Below are positions 48,769 through 59,184 of a stretch of DNA of 64,000 nucleotides, one piece after another. The position numbers and the translations under genes are program-made. Within the stretch, counting starts at the first letter, position 1; each line of letters begins with the position of its first letter. This DNA is from Candidatus Omnitrophota bacterium. GTDB lineage: Bacteria; Omnitrophota; Gorgyraeia; B26-G9. The DNA lies in NCBI GenBank assembly GCA_018817585.1, contig JAHITE010000081.1, positions 4,549-68,548 on the forward strand, given 5' to 3'. The notes beneath the pieces were generated by a model. The model did not search any database, was not told the DNA's origin, and saw only the letters and a program-made list of their open reading frames with translations.

Positions 48769-50451
48769 TTACATTTTATCCGGAGCACTTACACCCAAAA
48801 GCTTTAAGCCAATAGCAATAACCTGCCGAACACAGCCAATTAAAACTAAACGGGCTCGGCTAAGCTCCCCTTTACTCTCATCAAAAACCCGATGTTTACT
48901 GTAAAACCCGTGAAAATCCGCGGCAAGCTGTCTTAAATAAGTTGTCAAAGCCTGGGGATCTAAAGTTAACGCGCAAAGCTCAAGAACATCAGAAAAAGCA
49001 TTCATCCGGCGGATTAGATCCAGGCATTCCTGTTCAGCAAGCAAATCAAAATTAATTTCAATATTTTCCAGCTCAGATTTAAACTGATTAGCAGATTCAA
49101 AAATACTGCAAATCCTGGCATGAGCGTACTGAACATAATAAACCGGGTTATCCATACTATGTTTTTTAGCCAGTTCCAGATCAAAATCCAGTTGGGAGTC
49201 ACAGCGGCGCATTAAAAAGAAAAACCGGGCAGCATCACAGCCGACTTCCTCGATTAATTCCTCAAGAGTAATGTATTCACCAGCCCGCGTGGACATTTTC
49301 ACCGGCTTACCAGCCCGCGATAAAGTTGCCAGCTGAATAATTAGAACCTCTAAATCAGCTTTATTATGCCCTAAAGCACAGGCAGCGGCTTTAATCCGGT
49401 TTATATAACCATGATGATCCGGACCTAAAATATCAATCAGTTTGTCAAAGCCTCGATCAAATTTCATTTTATGATACGCGATATCCGGGGTCAGATAAGT
49501 AAACAGCCCATCGCTTTTAATCACTACCCGGTCTTTATCATCACCAAACTCTGTTGATTTAAACCAGGTTGCTCCATCGAGTTCATAAATTAAATTTTTA
49601 TTTTTCAACTCAGTTAACACCTGATTTATTTTATCATTAGTCACATGGTCTTTCTGACTAAACCATTGATCAAATTCAACCCCAAAATCTTTTAGTTCCT
49701 GCTCTATTCCCTGAAGAATTGAGTTTGCCGCGAACTCCGCAAACTTTTTTACTGTCTGCTCACTGTTATCATTTAAAAAATTAGAGCCCTCAGCATCAAT
49801 CATCTTCTGAGCTAATTCAATTAAATAATCCCCCTTATATCCCTGCTCGGGAAAATCAATATCTTTTTTTCCTAATTTTTCCTGATAGCGAAACAGTAAG
49901 CTCAATCCGAGATTTCTAATTTGATTACCATAATCATTGATATAATACTCTTTAGACACAGTCTGTCCGCGAAAAGCAAGAATGCTGGCCAAACTCTCAC
50001 CCACGGCTGCTTGACGGGCATGCGCGATGCTCAAAGGTCCAGTAGGATTGGCACTGACAAATTCAATCAGGATTCGCTGTTTATTTTTTAAATTGGTTTT
50101 GCCAAAATCATTAGCTTGTTCCAAAATCATCCTAAGCACATCATGCATCGCGTTAGCGGAAAGGAAAATATTAATAAATCCCGGAGATTTTATTTCTATT
50201 TTAGCGATTTTACTTTCCATTTTTTTTTGCTTGAGTTTTTCCGCTAATTTTTCATTAAGAAACTTAGCAATTTCCAGCGGCGGTTTTTTGCAATCTTTTA
50301 CCAGCTTCATTGCCGTATTAACCGACCAATCGCCAAATTGAGGTTCTTTAGGATTTTCGATTTCAATCAAAACATCTTTATTAGTAAGCGCATGTTCCTG
50401 AATAATTTCCTTAATTGATTGAATAATTATATTTTTTAAGTCATAAGACAT
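48769..50451 (-). CDS. argS: Arginine--tRNA ligase
   Basis: SANPTGPLSIAHAR (HIGH-type motif of ArgRS); C-terminal DALR anticodon-binding domain. The start was moved to MSYDL; the raw ORF extends to 50484. Confidence 0.9.
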   Translation of the reverse strand: MSYDLKNIIIQSIKEIIQEHALTNKDVLIEIENPKEPQFGDWSVNTAMKLVKDCKKPPLEIAKFLNEKLAEKLKQKKMESKIAKIEIKSPGFINIFLSANAMHDVLRMILEQANDFGKTNLKNKQRILIEFVSANPTGPLSIAHARQAAVGESLASILAFRGQTVSKEYYINDYGNQIRNLGLSLLFRYQEKLGKKDIDFPEQGYKGDYLIELAQKMIDAEGSNFLNDNSEQTVKKFAEFAANSILQGIEQELKDFGVEFDQWFSQKDHVTNDKINQVLTELKNKNLIYELDGATWFKSTEFGDDKDRVVIKSDGLFTYLTPDIAYHKMKFDRGFDKLIDILGPDHHGYINRIKAAACALGHNKADLEVLIIQLATLSRAGKPVKMSTRAGEYITLEELIEEVGCDAARFFFLMRRCDSQLDFDLELAKKHSMDNPVYYVQYAHARICSIFESANQFKSELENIEINFDLLAEQECLDLIRRMNAFSDVLELCALTLDPQALTTYLRQLAADFHGFYSKHRVFDESKGELSRARLVLIGCVRQVIAIGLKLLGVSAPDKM

Positions 50452-51163
50452 CAGAAGCCTCTCCCGCGATTTCAAACAAATCATTTCCCTTTTTCATTAA
50501 TTTAACAAAAACTTCGACAACCTTTGGATCAAATTGAGTGCCGCTAAAATTCTCCAGTTCAGCCAAGGCTTCTTCCTTACTTATCGGATCCCGATAAGGA
50601 CGCTTACCGGTCATCGCGTCAAAGCTATCGGCTACAGCCATTATTCTTGCTCCGATATCAATCTTGTCGCCTTTTATTCCATCAGGATATCCAGTACCAT
50701 CATAGCGTTCATGATGCTGTCTGACAATCAAAACTACTTTATCTAAAAAATGAAATGGCTTTAAAATTACTGCTCCGGCCAAAGCATGCAATTTCATTTC
50801 TTTAAATTCCTGCTCAGTGAGTTTGCCGGGTTTGGTCAGGATATTATCATGCACTCCGATTTTACCCAGATCATGAACCTGGCAGGCTTCTTTTATCGTA
50901 TCTATCTGCGCCTTAGACAAACCCATTTCTTTGGCAATCGCTAAGGCGTAATGTTTAACATTATCCGAATGATTTCTCGTCAGTTTGTCTTTAAAATCAA
51001 TTGCCGAAACCAGGGAATTGATCGTACGCATAACATTTCTCCGCTCAAGACGGCTCCATACCAGGCGGTGTCTAAGTCTTTCTTCTTTACGATATATCCG
51101 ATATCCAATAAAACTACCGATAAAAAAAGTCACAATGGGTAAAATATACGTCAATAAATCCAT
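50441..51163 (-). CDS. HD-GYP domain c-di-GMP phosphodiesterase with an N-terminal TM helix
   Basis: HDLGKIGV, HHERYDGTGYPDG (HD..GYP) motifs; 240 aa. Confidence 0.8.
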   Translation of the reverse strand: MDLLTYILPIVTFFIGSFIGYRIYRKEERLRHRLVWSRLERRNVMRTINSLVSAIDFKDKLTRNHSDNVKHYALAIAKEMGLSKAQIDTIKEACQVHDLGKIGVHDNILTKPGKLTEQEFKEMKLHALAGAVILKPFHFLDKVVLIVRQHHERYDGTGYPDGIKGDKIDIGARIMAVADSFDAMTGKRPYRDPISKEEALAELENFSGTQFDPKVVEVFVKLMKKGNDLFEIAGEASDVL

Positions 51164-51562
51164 TTACTTTTTCTTCGGCTCCCTTTTCTTTACTTCTTTT
51201 TTCTTTATTACCGGTTTTTCTATCGCTGTTTGCTTTAAATTAACTTTTTTACCCTTGCTCCATAAATTTTCTAAAGCGTAAAAATCACGCGCGTCCTGAT
51301 CAAAAATATGCACCAGCACACTGGCATAATCCAATACTATCCAGCGTGATTCTTGATAACCTTCCCGGGATTGCGCTTTAAATCCGTAATCTCTTAATGT
51401 TGAATTTATCTGGTCAGCAATCGCTTTAATATGGGTTGAAGAAGTCCCGGTACAAATAATAAAATAATCACAAAAAGTACATATTTTACGTAAATCTAAA
51501 ACAACAATATCTTCGGCTTTTACAGCTTCGGCCAGTTCAATAATTTTTTTTACTTTATCCAT
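51164..51562 (-). CDS. rsfS: Ribosomal silencing factor RsfS (Iojap)
   Basis: IVVLDLRKICTFCDYFIICTGTS core; Lys-rich tail; 132 aa. Conserved position after nadD. Confidence 0.85.
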   Translation of the reverse strand: MDKVKKIIELAEAVKAEDIVVLDLRKICTFCDYFIICTGTSSTHIKAIADQINSTLRDYGFKAQSREGYQESRWIVLDYASVLVHIFDQDARDFYALENLWSKGKKVNLKQTAIEKPVIKKKEVKKREPKKK

Positions 51563-51602
51563 GATAATTCGATCTCCTTTTTATTTTTTTAAACATACTC
51601 AA

Positions 51603-52607
51603 TCAGCTGACATCGCCTTCAATTTCCCCGACAATTTCCTCAATAAGATCCTCGAGAGTTGCCAGCCCCTGGGTCAGGCCTTTTTCATCTTTAACAATCG
51701 CCATATAAATATGAATTCTTTGAAATTCATGTAAAAGCTGACTAACCCGCATTCTGGTATTTACCACAAAAGGCTTATGCAATAAATCACGGATTATAAT
51801 CAAATCTTTATTTCGCCAAATGGTCAACAATTCTCGGGCGTATATTACTCCGACAATATTATTAATATCTCCATCATATACCGGAATCCGGGAATGACCT
51901 TCTTCTACAATTATATCGAGAATCGCGTCAGCACTGGAATTAATATCAATCGCGACAATTTTTTCAACCGGCATCATCACTTCATAAACTAAAGTATCAC
52001 CAAATTCGAAAATCCGGTGCAGCATGCTTCTTTCCCGGTCCGTTAAAACTCCTTCTTCCTTTCCCAGCTCAATCATCAACCGAATTTCTTCTTCAGTAAC
52101 CAAAGGAGAGCGTTTCGGCGGTTCATCACCCAGTATTTTTAAAAACAAATTGCTAACATTTAAGAAAACCCGGACAATCGGAGAAAGAATTTTAATTATT
52201 ATGTCCATTAGCCAGGCAACATGCAGCGCGACTTTCTCCGAATGTTTTACGGCAAAAATTTTCGGGGTAATTTCACCGGCAAAAAGCACTAGTAAAGTAA
52301 CCGCGATCGTTGAGATCGCGATTGAGCCAAAATTATTTCCCCAAAGTTTAATAAAAATCGCTGTGCCAATAGCGGAAATAGCGATATTTACAAAATTATT
52401 ACCAACCAGAATCGTGGTAATTAGTTTATCCATTTTATTTACAATTCGATAAACAGTTGAAGCATTTTTCCGGTTTTGACTGAGCAGATGCCGCAATCGC
52501 AGTTTATTCAAACTAACAAAAGCAACTTCTGACATTGCAAAAAAAGCAGAGAAAGCAACCAGAATAACTAAAACTATTGGTAATATGTACGTCAGATGTG
52601 AATCCAT
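51603..52607 (-). CDS. DUF21/CNNM + CBS-pair domain protein (HlyC/CorC family)
   Basis: Four N-terminal TM helices followed by tandem CBS domains; 334 aa. Confidence 0.75.
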   Translation of the reverse strand: MDSHLTYILPIVLVILVAFSAFFAMSEVAFVSLNKLRLRHLLSQNRKNASTVYRIVNKMDKLITTILVGNNFVNIAISAIGTAIFIKLWGNNFGSIAISTIAVTLLVLFAGEITPKIFAVKHSEKVALHVAWLMDIIIKILSPIVRVFLNVSNLFLKILGDEPPKRSPLVTEEEIRLMIELGKEEGVLTDRERSMLHRIFEFGDTLVYEVMMPVEKIVAIDINSSADAILDIIVEEGHSRIPVYDGDINNIVGVIYARELLTIWRNKDLIIIRDLLHKPFVVNTRMRVSQLLHEFQRIHIYMAIVKDEKGLTQGLATLEDLIEEIVGEIEGDVS

Positions 52608-52661
52608 TTTATTTCTTCTTTTCGTTTGATTTCAATTATTTAGTAAGCAAATCATGCTAAT

Positions 52662-53261
52662 CTATACCGCGTATAATTCATTTTGCTTAATAAATTCATT
52701 AACACTTGGCGGTACTGAATCATTAACCGCTAATCCCTGTTTAATCAATTCGCGAATATTTGTGCTCGATATATCAGGGTAAACTCCGTTTAAAATTATC
52801 GCGTTCTCCGGCAAATCAGCATTATCAAATTTTTCAAAATCAGGACGTTTGGCCACGACAAAACAACAAAGTTTAAAAATTTCATTGATCAAGCGCCAGG
52901 TTTTGAGTTCCGGGACTGAATCTGAACCAATAATAAAAAACACTTCCGCCTGCGGATAAATCCTTTTAATCCTATTTAATGTATCTACTGAATACGAAAC
53001 AGTTTGTTTTTTGATTTCGATATCGCTGACTGTATAGTTTTTATTATTCTTTACAGCCAACTGAATCATTTTATAGCGCAGTTTTGAATCAATTATATTC
53101 TGGAGATTCTTATGCGGCGGAACATGCGCTGGAATAAAAATTACCAGATCAAGTCCCACCTGTTCCTGAGCCGCGGCAGCAATTGCCAAATGGCCAAAAT
53201 GAACAGGATTAAAGGTTCCCCCGAAAATTCCGATACGCTTTTTAGGTCCTGATTTGTCCAT
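52662..53261 (-). CDS. nadD: Nicotinate-nucleotide adenylyltransferase
   Basis: GIFGGTFNPVHFGHL (H/T-x-G-H); 199 aa. Confidence 0.9.
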   Translation of the reverse strand: MDKSGPKKRIGIFGGTFNPVHFGHLAIAAAAQEQVGLDLVIFIPAHVPPHKNLQNIIDSKLRYKMIQLAVKNNKNYTVSDIEIKKQTVSYSVDTLNRIKRIYPQAEVFFIIGSDSVPELKTWRLINEIFKLCCFVVAKRPDFEKFDNADLPENAIILNGVYPDISSTNIRELIKQGLAVNDSVPPSVNEFIKQNELYAV

Positions 53262-54498
53262 TACCGATTATAACATATTTATAGGTTGTCAATTCTACTA
53301 ATCCCATTGGTCCACGCGCGTGCAGCTTATCAGTACTTACCCCGATCTCCGCGCCCAAACCAAATTGATTACCGTCAGTAAACCGGGTAGAAGCATTCAG
53401 ATAAACACATGCCGCGTCAACTGATTTTAAAAAACTCGTGCCATTACGCAGGTTCTCAGTAATAATTGCCTCAGAATGTTTGCTTCCATATTTAGCAATA
53501 TGATCAACCGCCTGTTTTAAGGAACTGACAATTTTCACACTTAGGATTAAGTCCAGATATTCCGTAGCATAATCCTGATTGCTGGCCAGTTTTATCCCGG
53601 GAATAAGCTTTGCGGTTTTAGCACAGCCTCTGATTTCCACCCCTGATTTTCGCAAATGCTTTACCATCTCCGGCAAAAAATCCAAGGCGATATCCGCATG
53701 CACCAGCAAACATTCCATGGCATTGCAAGTCGAAGGTCTTTGCACTTTGGCATTAAAAGCCACTGCCTGCGCCATGGCAAAATCAGCATATTTATCAACA
53801 TAAATATGACAAATACCTTTATAATGCTTGATCACTGGGATCAGGGAATTCTCCACAACACCGCGAATTAATGATTCTCCTCCCCGGGGAATAATCAAAT
53901 CAATATAATCATTAAGTTTAAGCAGTTCATTTACTGCCTGACGATCCGTTGTCTGAATCAAGCTGATACACCCCTGGGGAAAACCTGTTTTGCGCAATGC
54001 CAGGGAAATTACTTTATAAATAGCCTGATTAGAATGAATTGATTCTTTACCGCCGCGCAGAATAACCGCATTGCCGGTTTTCAAACATAGTCCCGCGCAA
54101 TCGCTGGTAACATTTGGCCTTGATTCATAAATAATCCCGATCACGCCCAAAGGCACTCTGACTTTGCTCAGCACTAAGCCATTGGGTCTTTGCCAGGTTT
54201 TGATTACTTCTGATACCGGATCAGCTAAATCAGCTACCGCGATCAGATCATCACTCATTTTTTTAATACCAGAGAGGTCAAGGCTGAGCCGGTCAATAAA
54301 AGCAGAATTTCGCTTTTCTTTTTTTGCGGATTGAACATCTAATTTATTAGCAGCAATGATTGCTTTGCTGTGTTTAAGCAATTCTTTGGCCATGGTCTTG
54401 ATTGCTTTATTTTTTTCTTCGGTACTAACAACACTTAAAAATCGAGCTGCCTTTTGCGCCTGTTTAGCGGTTGTTAAAAGCTCAGACTGTAAAGACAT
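53242..54498 (-). CDS. proA: Glutamate-5-semialdehyde dehydrogenase (gamma-glutamyl phosphate reductase)
   Basis: Typical ProA N-terminus and the catalytic Cys region (YVDKYADF...NAKVQRPSTCNAMECLLVH); 418 aa. Confidence 0.9.
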   Translation of the reverse strand: MSLQSELLTTAKQAQKAARFLSVVSTEEKNKAIKTMAKELLKHSKAIIAANKLDVQSAKKEKRNSAFIDRLSLDLSGIKKMSDDLIAVADLADPVSEVIKTWQRPNGLVLSKVRVPLGVIGIIYESRPNVTSDCAGLCLKTGNAVILRGGKESIHSNQAIYKVISLALRKTGFPQGCISLIQTTDRQAVNELLKLNDYIDLIIPRGGESLIRGVVENSLIPVIKHYKGICHIYVDKYADFAMAQAVAFNAKVQRPSTCNAMECLLVHADIALDFLPEMVKHLRKSGVEIRGCAKTAKLIPGIKLASNQDYATEYLDLILSVKIVSSLKQAVDHIAKYGSKHSEAIITENLRNGTSFLKSVDAACVYLNASTRFTDGNQFGLGAEIGVSTDKLHARGPMGLVELTTYKYVIIGNGQIRT

Positions 54499-54530
54499 TA
54501 AATCCTCCTAAATTTTCAGTAATTAATTGA

Positions 54531-55634
54531 TTATCTAACTATAACCAGATTATCTCTATCAATAACTTCATCATAAGACTTATAACCTAAGACCTGCTCA
54601 ATATCCGCGGTCTTAACTTTCTTAATTTTAGAAAGCTCATCACAGGAATAATTAGTCAACCCTCTGGCGATCTCATTATTGTTTTGATCATAAATCACAA
54701 CCAAATCACCAAAAGTAAACTTACCTACGATATCCACAATCCCGATCGCCAATAAACTTGTTTTCTTTTCCAATAAAGCTTTTTTTGCTCCATCATCAAC
54801 AATAATTTTTCCGGAATTTTTACAGCTAAAAGCAATCCATTTTTTCTTACCGGAAATTTTATCTTTTTTCGGAATAAACCAGGTGCCCACCTGCTTAGCA
54901 TCCACAATATTCTGAACCAGACTCACATCTCGTCCATTACCAATTACCATTAAGATCCCGGCATTAGCAGTGATTTTAGCTGCTTCAAGCTTAGTAATCA
55001 TCCCCCCGGTACTGGTCTGCCGCGATGTATCACCAGCTAACTTTTCCACACAAGCATCAATTTCCGCGATCTGATCAATCACTTTGCCATTAGCATCATA
55101 TACCCCATCAACATCCGAAAGAATTACTAAAAGCTGCGCGTCAATCAAAACCGCGACTTGTGCTGAAAGCTTATCATTATCACCAAAGCGGATTTCATCA
55201 GTAACCACCGCGTCATTTTCATTTACAATCGGAACAACATTGCCTTTTTCCAAAAGATGCAGTATCGTCGTCCTCGCGTTTAAATAACGGTCCCGTTTAT
55301 CTAAACAGTCCGCGGTCAGCAATAACTGGGCGCAGATAAGTCCGGATTTGCGAAATAACTGTTCATAATCAAACATTAGCAAACTTTGGCCAATTGCCGC
55401 GGCACAAGAAGATTCCGCTATGGTTTTCGGTCTATGCAAAAGCCCGAGTTTTTCCATTCCGCAGGCAATCGCACCAGAAGAAACCAAGACAACCTTATAA
55501 CCATTTTTTTTCAATCCGCTGACCATGGTAGTAATTGATTCTAGTTTAGCCATATCCAGCTTGCCGGAATCATTAACCAAAATACTTGATCCGACTTTAA
55601 TCACAATTATTGAGTTCTTGTCTAGCTTAATCAC
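54531..55634 (-). CDS. proB: Glutamate 5-kinase with a C-terminal PUA domain
   Basis: IVIKVGSSIL amino-acid kinase N-terminus; PUA-like C-terminus; 367 aa. Confidence 0.9.
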   Translation of the reverse strand: MIKLDKNSIIVIKVGSSILVNDSGKLDMAKLESITTMVSGLKKNGYKVVLVSSGAIACGMEKLGLLHRPKTIAESSCAAAIGQSLLMFDYEQLFRKSGLICAQLLLTADCLDKRDRYLNARTTILHLLEKGNVVPIVNENDAVVTDEIRFGDNDKLSAQVAVLIDAQLLVILSDVDGVYDANGKVIDQIAEIDACVEKLAGDTSRQTSTGGMITKLEAAKITANAGILMVIGNGRDVSLVQNIVDAKQVGTWFIPKKDKISGKKKWIAFSCKNSGKIIVDDGAKKALLEKKTSLLAIGIVDIVGKFTFGDLVVIYDQNNNEIARGLTNYSCDELSKIKKVKTADIEQVLGYKSYDEVIDRDNLVIVR

Positions 55635-56619
55635 TGTGTTCCTGCTTGAATTTTCCCAGTTTTTTAAATAAAGCTTCTTTTATTTTCTCAATTCCCAGAG
55701 ACTCAACACAGGAAACCTGATAAATTATTTTTCTTACGCTTTTTTTAAAATTAATTAAATTTTCTTTTGCCTGAGCCAGGTCCATTTTATTAGCAATGAT
55801 CAATTGCGGTTTTTTTAACAGCATATGATCATATGACTGCAATTCATTTAATAAATCAGAATAATCATTGATCGGATCGCGGCCGTCAATTCCTGCCATA
55901 TCAATTACAAACAATAATATTTTAGTACGTTCAATATGCCGCAGAAATTCAATGCCCAAACCTTTACCCTGGTGCGCGTCTTTAATAATCCCCGGGATAT
56001 CAGCAATAACCATTCGGGATTCCGATAGAGAAGAGTTTACAACCCCGAGTACCGGACTTAATGTTGTAAACGGAAATTGAGCAACTTTTGAATTAGCCTT
56101 GGAAATTTTATTTATAAAGGAAGATTTTCCAGCATTAGGGTACCCGATTAAACCAATATCAGCGATCAATTTCAGTTCGAAAGTTATTCTGACCTGCTCA
56201 CCAGGATCACCCGGAGTTGATTCATGGCGTTTAAAGTTTCCGATCCCGCCTCTGCCGCCCCGGACGACAATAACCTGTTCCTCAGCCTTATTTAAATCCC
56301 GGATCAAACAACCAGTATCAGCATCCCGGATAATCGTACCCGGAGGAACAAGAATAATCGAATCCAAAGCATCAGCTCCGCGTTTATTATTGCTGCCGCC
56401 AAGTTTTCCGGACTGAGCTTTAAAATGCTGCCGATAGCGGTAATCAAGCAGCGTATGAACATTCACATCTGCTTTTACTATGATTGATCCGCCATTACCT
56501 CCGTCTCCGCCATCTCTCCGAGCATGACGCCAACCTCTTTTGTAATATTGGCTTTCACAGCCTTTTCCACCGTCACCAGCCTGAACATAAATTTTCGCTC
56601 GGTCAACAAACATGACCAT
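55627..56619 (-). CDS. obg: GTPase Obg/CgtA
   Basis: Obg fold FVDRAKIYVQAGDGGKG; G1 GYPNAGKSS; G3/G4 motifs; 330 aa. Confidence 0.9.
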   Translation of the reverse strand: MVMFVDRAKIYVQAGDGGKGCESQYYKRGWRHARRDGGDGGNGGSIIVKADVNVHTLLDYRYRQHFKAQSGKLGGSNNKRGADALDSIILVPPGTIIRDADTGCLIRDLNKAEEQVIVVRGGRGGIGNFKRHESTPGDPGEQVRITFELKLIADIGLIGYPNAGKSSFINKISKANSKVAQFPFTTLSPVLGVVNSSLSESRMVIADIPGIIKDAHQGKGLGIEFLRHIERTKILLFVIDMAGIDGRDPINDYSDLLNELQSYDHMLLKKPQLIIANKMDLAQAKENLINFKKSVRKIIYQVSCVESLGIEKIKEALFKKLGKFKQEHSD

Positions 56620-56629
56620 TCAACCAATC

Positions 56630-56872
56630 TTAATTTGTGTCAATACTGATGACTTTTGGTTTAGGAAAACAGACTTTTCCAGCAACCTCAGCATACAAAG
56701 TATAATCTCTGCCCATACCTACATTTTTCCCAGGCTTAAATTTTTGACCGCATTGTCTAACTAAAATTGAGCCAGCGGTAACAGTTTGTCCGCCAGAACG
56801 TTTTAATCCCAAACGTTTTGAGTTACTGTCTCTTCCGTTACGACTCGCGCCTTGCCCTTTTTTCGTACTCAT
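56630..56872 (-). CDS. rpmA: 50S ribosomal protein L27
   Basis: [25 protein letters not shown]; 80 aa. Confidence 0.9.
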   Translation of the reverse strand: MSTKKGQGASRNGRDSNSKRLGLKRSGGQTVTAGSILVRQCGQKFKPGKNVGMGRDYTLYAEVAGKVCFPKPKVISIDTN

Positions 56873-56958
56873 TGCTCTATCTCCTCTATTCCTTCAGGAT
56901 TTAATTATAAATCTTGTTTTTCAATTTTTATCTGGTTAGTAAATTAACTTTTTTTAGG

Positions 56959-57270
56959 TTAATTATTAATTTTCTTAATCAATAACTTTGTTAATTTCTG
57001 ACGATGTCCGGTTTTTTTGTGTGAATCTTTTCTTCTTAAATATTTATAAACAACTACCTTAGCCGCTTTGGTCTGCGCTAAAACCTCAGCTTCCACACTT
57101 GCCCCTTCAACATAAGGCTGTCCAACTTTAATGTCTTGTCCATTAGCAACCAAAAGAACTTTATCTAAAGTAACAGAGCTATTATCTTCCTGCTCGATTT
57201 TGTTAACTTCAATAATATCTTCCTGGGCAACTTTATACTGCTTACCACCAATTTCTAATATTGCGTACAC
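56959..57270 (-). CDS. rplU: 50S ribosomal protein L21 (GTG start). The ORF-track N-terminal extension to 57321 is unlikely to be real.
   Basis: YAILEIGGKQYKV. GGAGGTG SD lies 7 nt upstream of the GTG at 57268-57270. 104 aa. Confidence 0.85.
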   Translation of the reverse strand: MYAILEIGGKQYKVAQEDIIEVNKIEQEDNSSVTLDKVLLVANGQDIKVGQPYVEGASVEAEVLAQTKAAKVVVYKYLRRKDSHKKTGHRQKLTKLLIKKINN

Positions 57271-57333
57271 GTTATCCACCTCCAAATTACTATTTTTTAG
57301 TTTTCTCCATTTTAAAAACAATAAATGAGTATA

Positions 57334-58850
57334 TCATAAAAAAACTATATCTTCAATACCTAATTGTTCATCAGTAAATATAGATATTTTTACCCATAAT
57401 TTCTTTTCCAGATTAATTATCGCCAGTCTATCCTCATTTAAAAACCTTAATGCTATTTTGGGATTAACTTTAACTTCAATATAGCGTTTTTTATGGGCTA
57501 TAAGATGATTTTTAATTTGCCTTATTACTTTAATCGCAACAGATTGCGTTGATTTTATCCGGCCAGTGCCTTCGCATACAGCACATTTTTGAAAAATCAC
57601 ACTTTCAATATTTTTCCGAATTCTTTGTCTGGCAATCTGAACTAAACCCAAAGGAGAAAACGGGTAAATTGTTGAACGGGCCTTATCTTTTTCCAAAGCT
57701 TTTGTCAAAACCTGCAATATTTTTTCTGGTGTGAATTTTTTTGCATATCAATAAAGTCAATAACAATAATCCCGGCTAAATCCTTGAGCATGGCCTGCCG
57801 GGCAATTTCCTTAGCAGCCTCCAAATTAGTTAAAAATGCTGTTTCTTCCAGCCGGCCCCGATTAACAAAACTACCGCTATTAACATCAATTGAGACTAAT
57901 GCTTCAGTGCGTTCAATAACAATATATCCGCCTTTTTTTAAAGAAATCTTCTGGTCATAAATCTGATCAATCTGACGCTCAACATCAAATTTTTCAAACA
58001 AATGCATTTTATCTTTGTGTAAGATTATCCGATTACGTAATTGCGGAGCTAAAGCTTTGATAAAACTCATTACCCGTTTATAATCATCTTTAGTATCAAT
58101 AATCAGACTTTTCGCGTCTTCGCTGAAAATGTCGCGGGCAATTCTTAAAACAATATCATATTCTTCATGAATCAAAGCCGGAGCTTTGCTTTTATTTGAT
58201 TTACTTTGAATCGTTTGCCACAACCTTAGTAAATATTTTAATTCCCGCTTAAATTCATTTTTCCCCATACCCACGGCCTGGGTGCGCACTATACAACCCA
58301 TTTCTTTGGGTAATCCAATATCCTTTAACAGCTGCTTCAGCCTGGCTCGTTCTTTTTCATTGGTGACTTTTTTAGAAATACCAATATTCTGGCTATAAGG
58401 CATAAGCACGAGAAATCTTCCCGGCAGGCTGATATGACTGGTTAATCTGCAGCCCTTAGTACCAAAGGGTTCTTTGACCACCTGAACTAATACTTCTTGT
58501 CCCTTGGTTAATAAATTTTCAATTCTTACTCTTTCTTCGCTTACCTTTGGCTCTGGCGCTGTAACTGGTTCAACAACACCGTCTTCAATCTCAAGCGCGT
58601 ATTCATCCGGCCTAAGCGTTTCCGGCAGTAATTCCTGCACATATAAAAAGCCGTTTTTCGCCAACCCAATATCTACAAAGGCAGCTTCCATGCCCTTAAC
58701 TATTTGCGCGACCTTACCTTTATAAATATTTCCGGCTAAATGCTGAATAGCCGTTCTTTCAAGAAAAAATTCTTCCAACTTATTTTCTTCTAGAATAGCA
58801 ACCCGCTTTTCCTGTTCATCTACACTAATTAAAATCTCTTTACTTTCCAT
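57334..58850 (-). pseudogene. rng: Ribonuclease G/E family (rng/cafA) split into two ORFs by a -1 frameshift in a T6 homopolymer (57720-57725). Either a sequencing artefact or an authentic frameshift.
   Basis: The upstream ORF carries the S1 domain and the catalytic domain up to VIDFIDMQKNSHQKK. The downstream ORF continues ...LTKALEKDKARSTIYPFSPLGLVQIARQR...CAVCEGTG. Inserting one A restores a single ~505-aa RNase G. Confidence 0.7.
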
Positions 58851-59163
58851 AACTAATTTCTAGTATCCTTATATCTGCTGTTAACTGCTGTTCTAATTTA
58901 GCTTTAAACGCGTCTAAAGCAATTTGTGTTTTTAAAAAAAACTCTACCTCCATAACTCCGGCAACTCCCAATTTTAAAGCCTGCCCAAATTTAATTTTCG
59001 GCCGGGGATTAAAACCTTCGCTTAACATAAACGGCAATTCCGCGCGTCTTAATGCCCGATAAATCAATCTAATAAAATCAAGATGAGAAATATATTTAAG
59101 CATTCCCTTTTTGCTAAAGCTAATATTTATTTTGCATATCTGCATGCTTATCCGATCAAACAC
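58840..59163 (-). CDS. DUF2344 (TIGR03936-like) 'radical-SAM-linked' protein
   Basis: FSKKGMLKYISHLDFIRLIYRALRRAELPFMLSEGFNPRPKIKF matches the family signature; 107 aa. Conserved neighbour of rng. Confidence 0.65.
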   Translation of the reverse strand: MFDRISMQICKINISFSKKGMLKYISHLDFIRLIYRALRRAELPFMLSEGFNPRPKIKFGQALKLGVAGVMEVEFFLKTQIALDAFKAKLEQQLTADIRILEISYGK

Positions 59164-59184
59164 ACCTAAGAGTAATCCTATTTT

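Noticed and set aside
56959-57321. ORF-track version of rplU with a 17-aa N-terminal extension (MFLKWRKLKNSNLEVDNV)
   Set aside because: A strong GGAGGTG SD precedes the internal GTG that yields the canonical L21 N-terminus (MYAILEIGG-type). The extension is unsupported.
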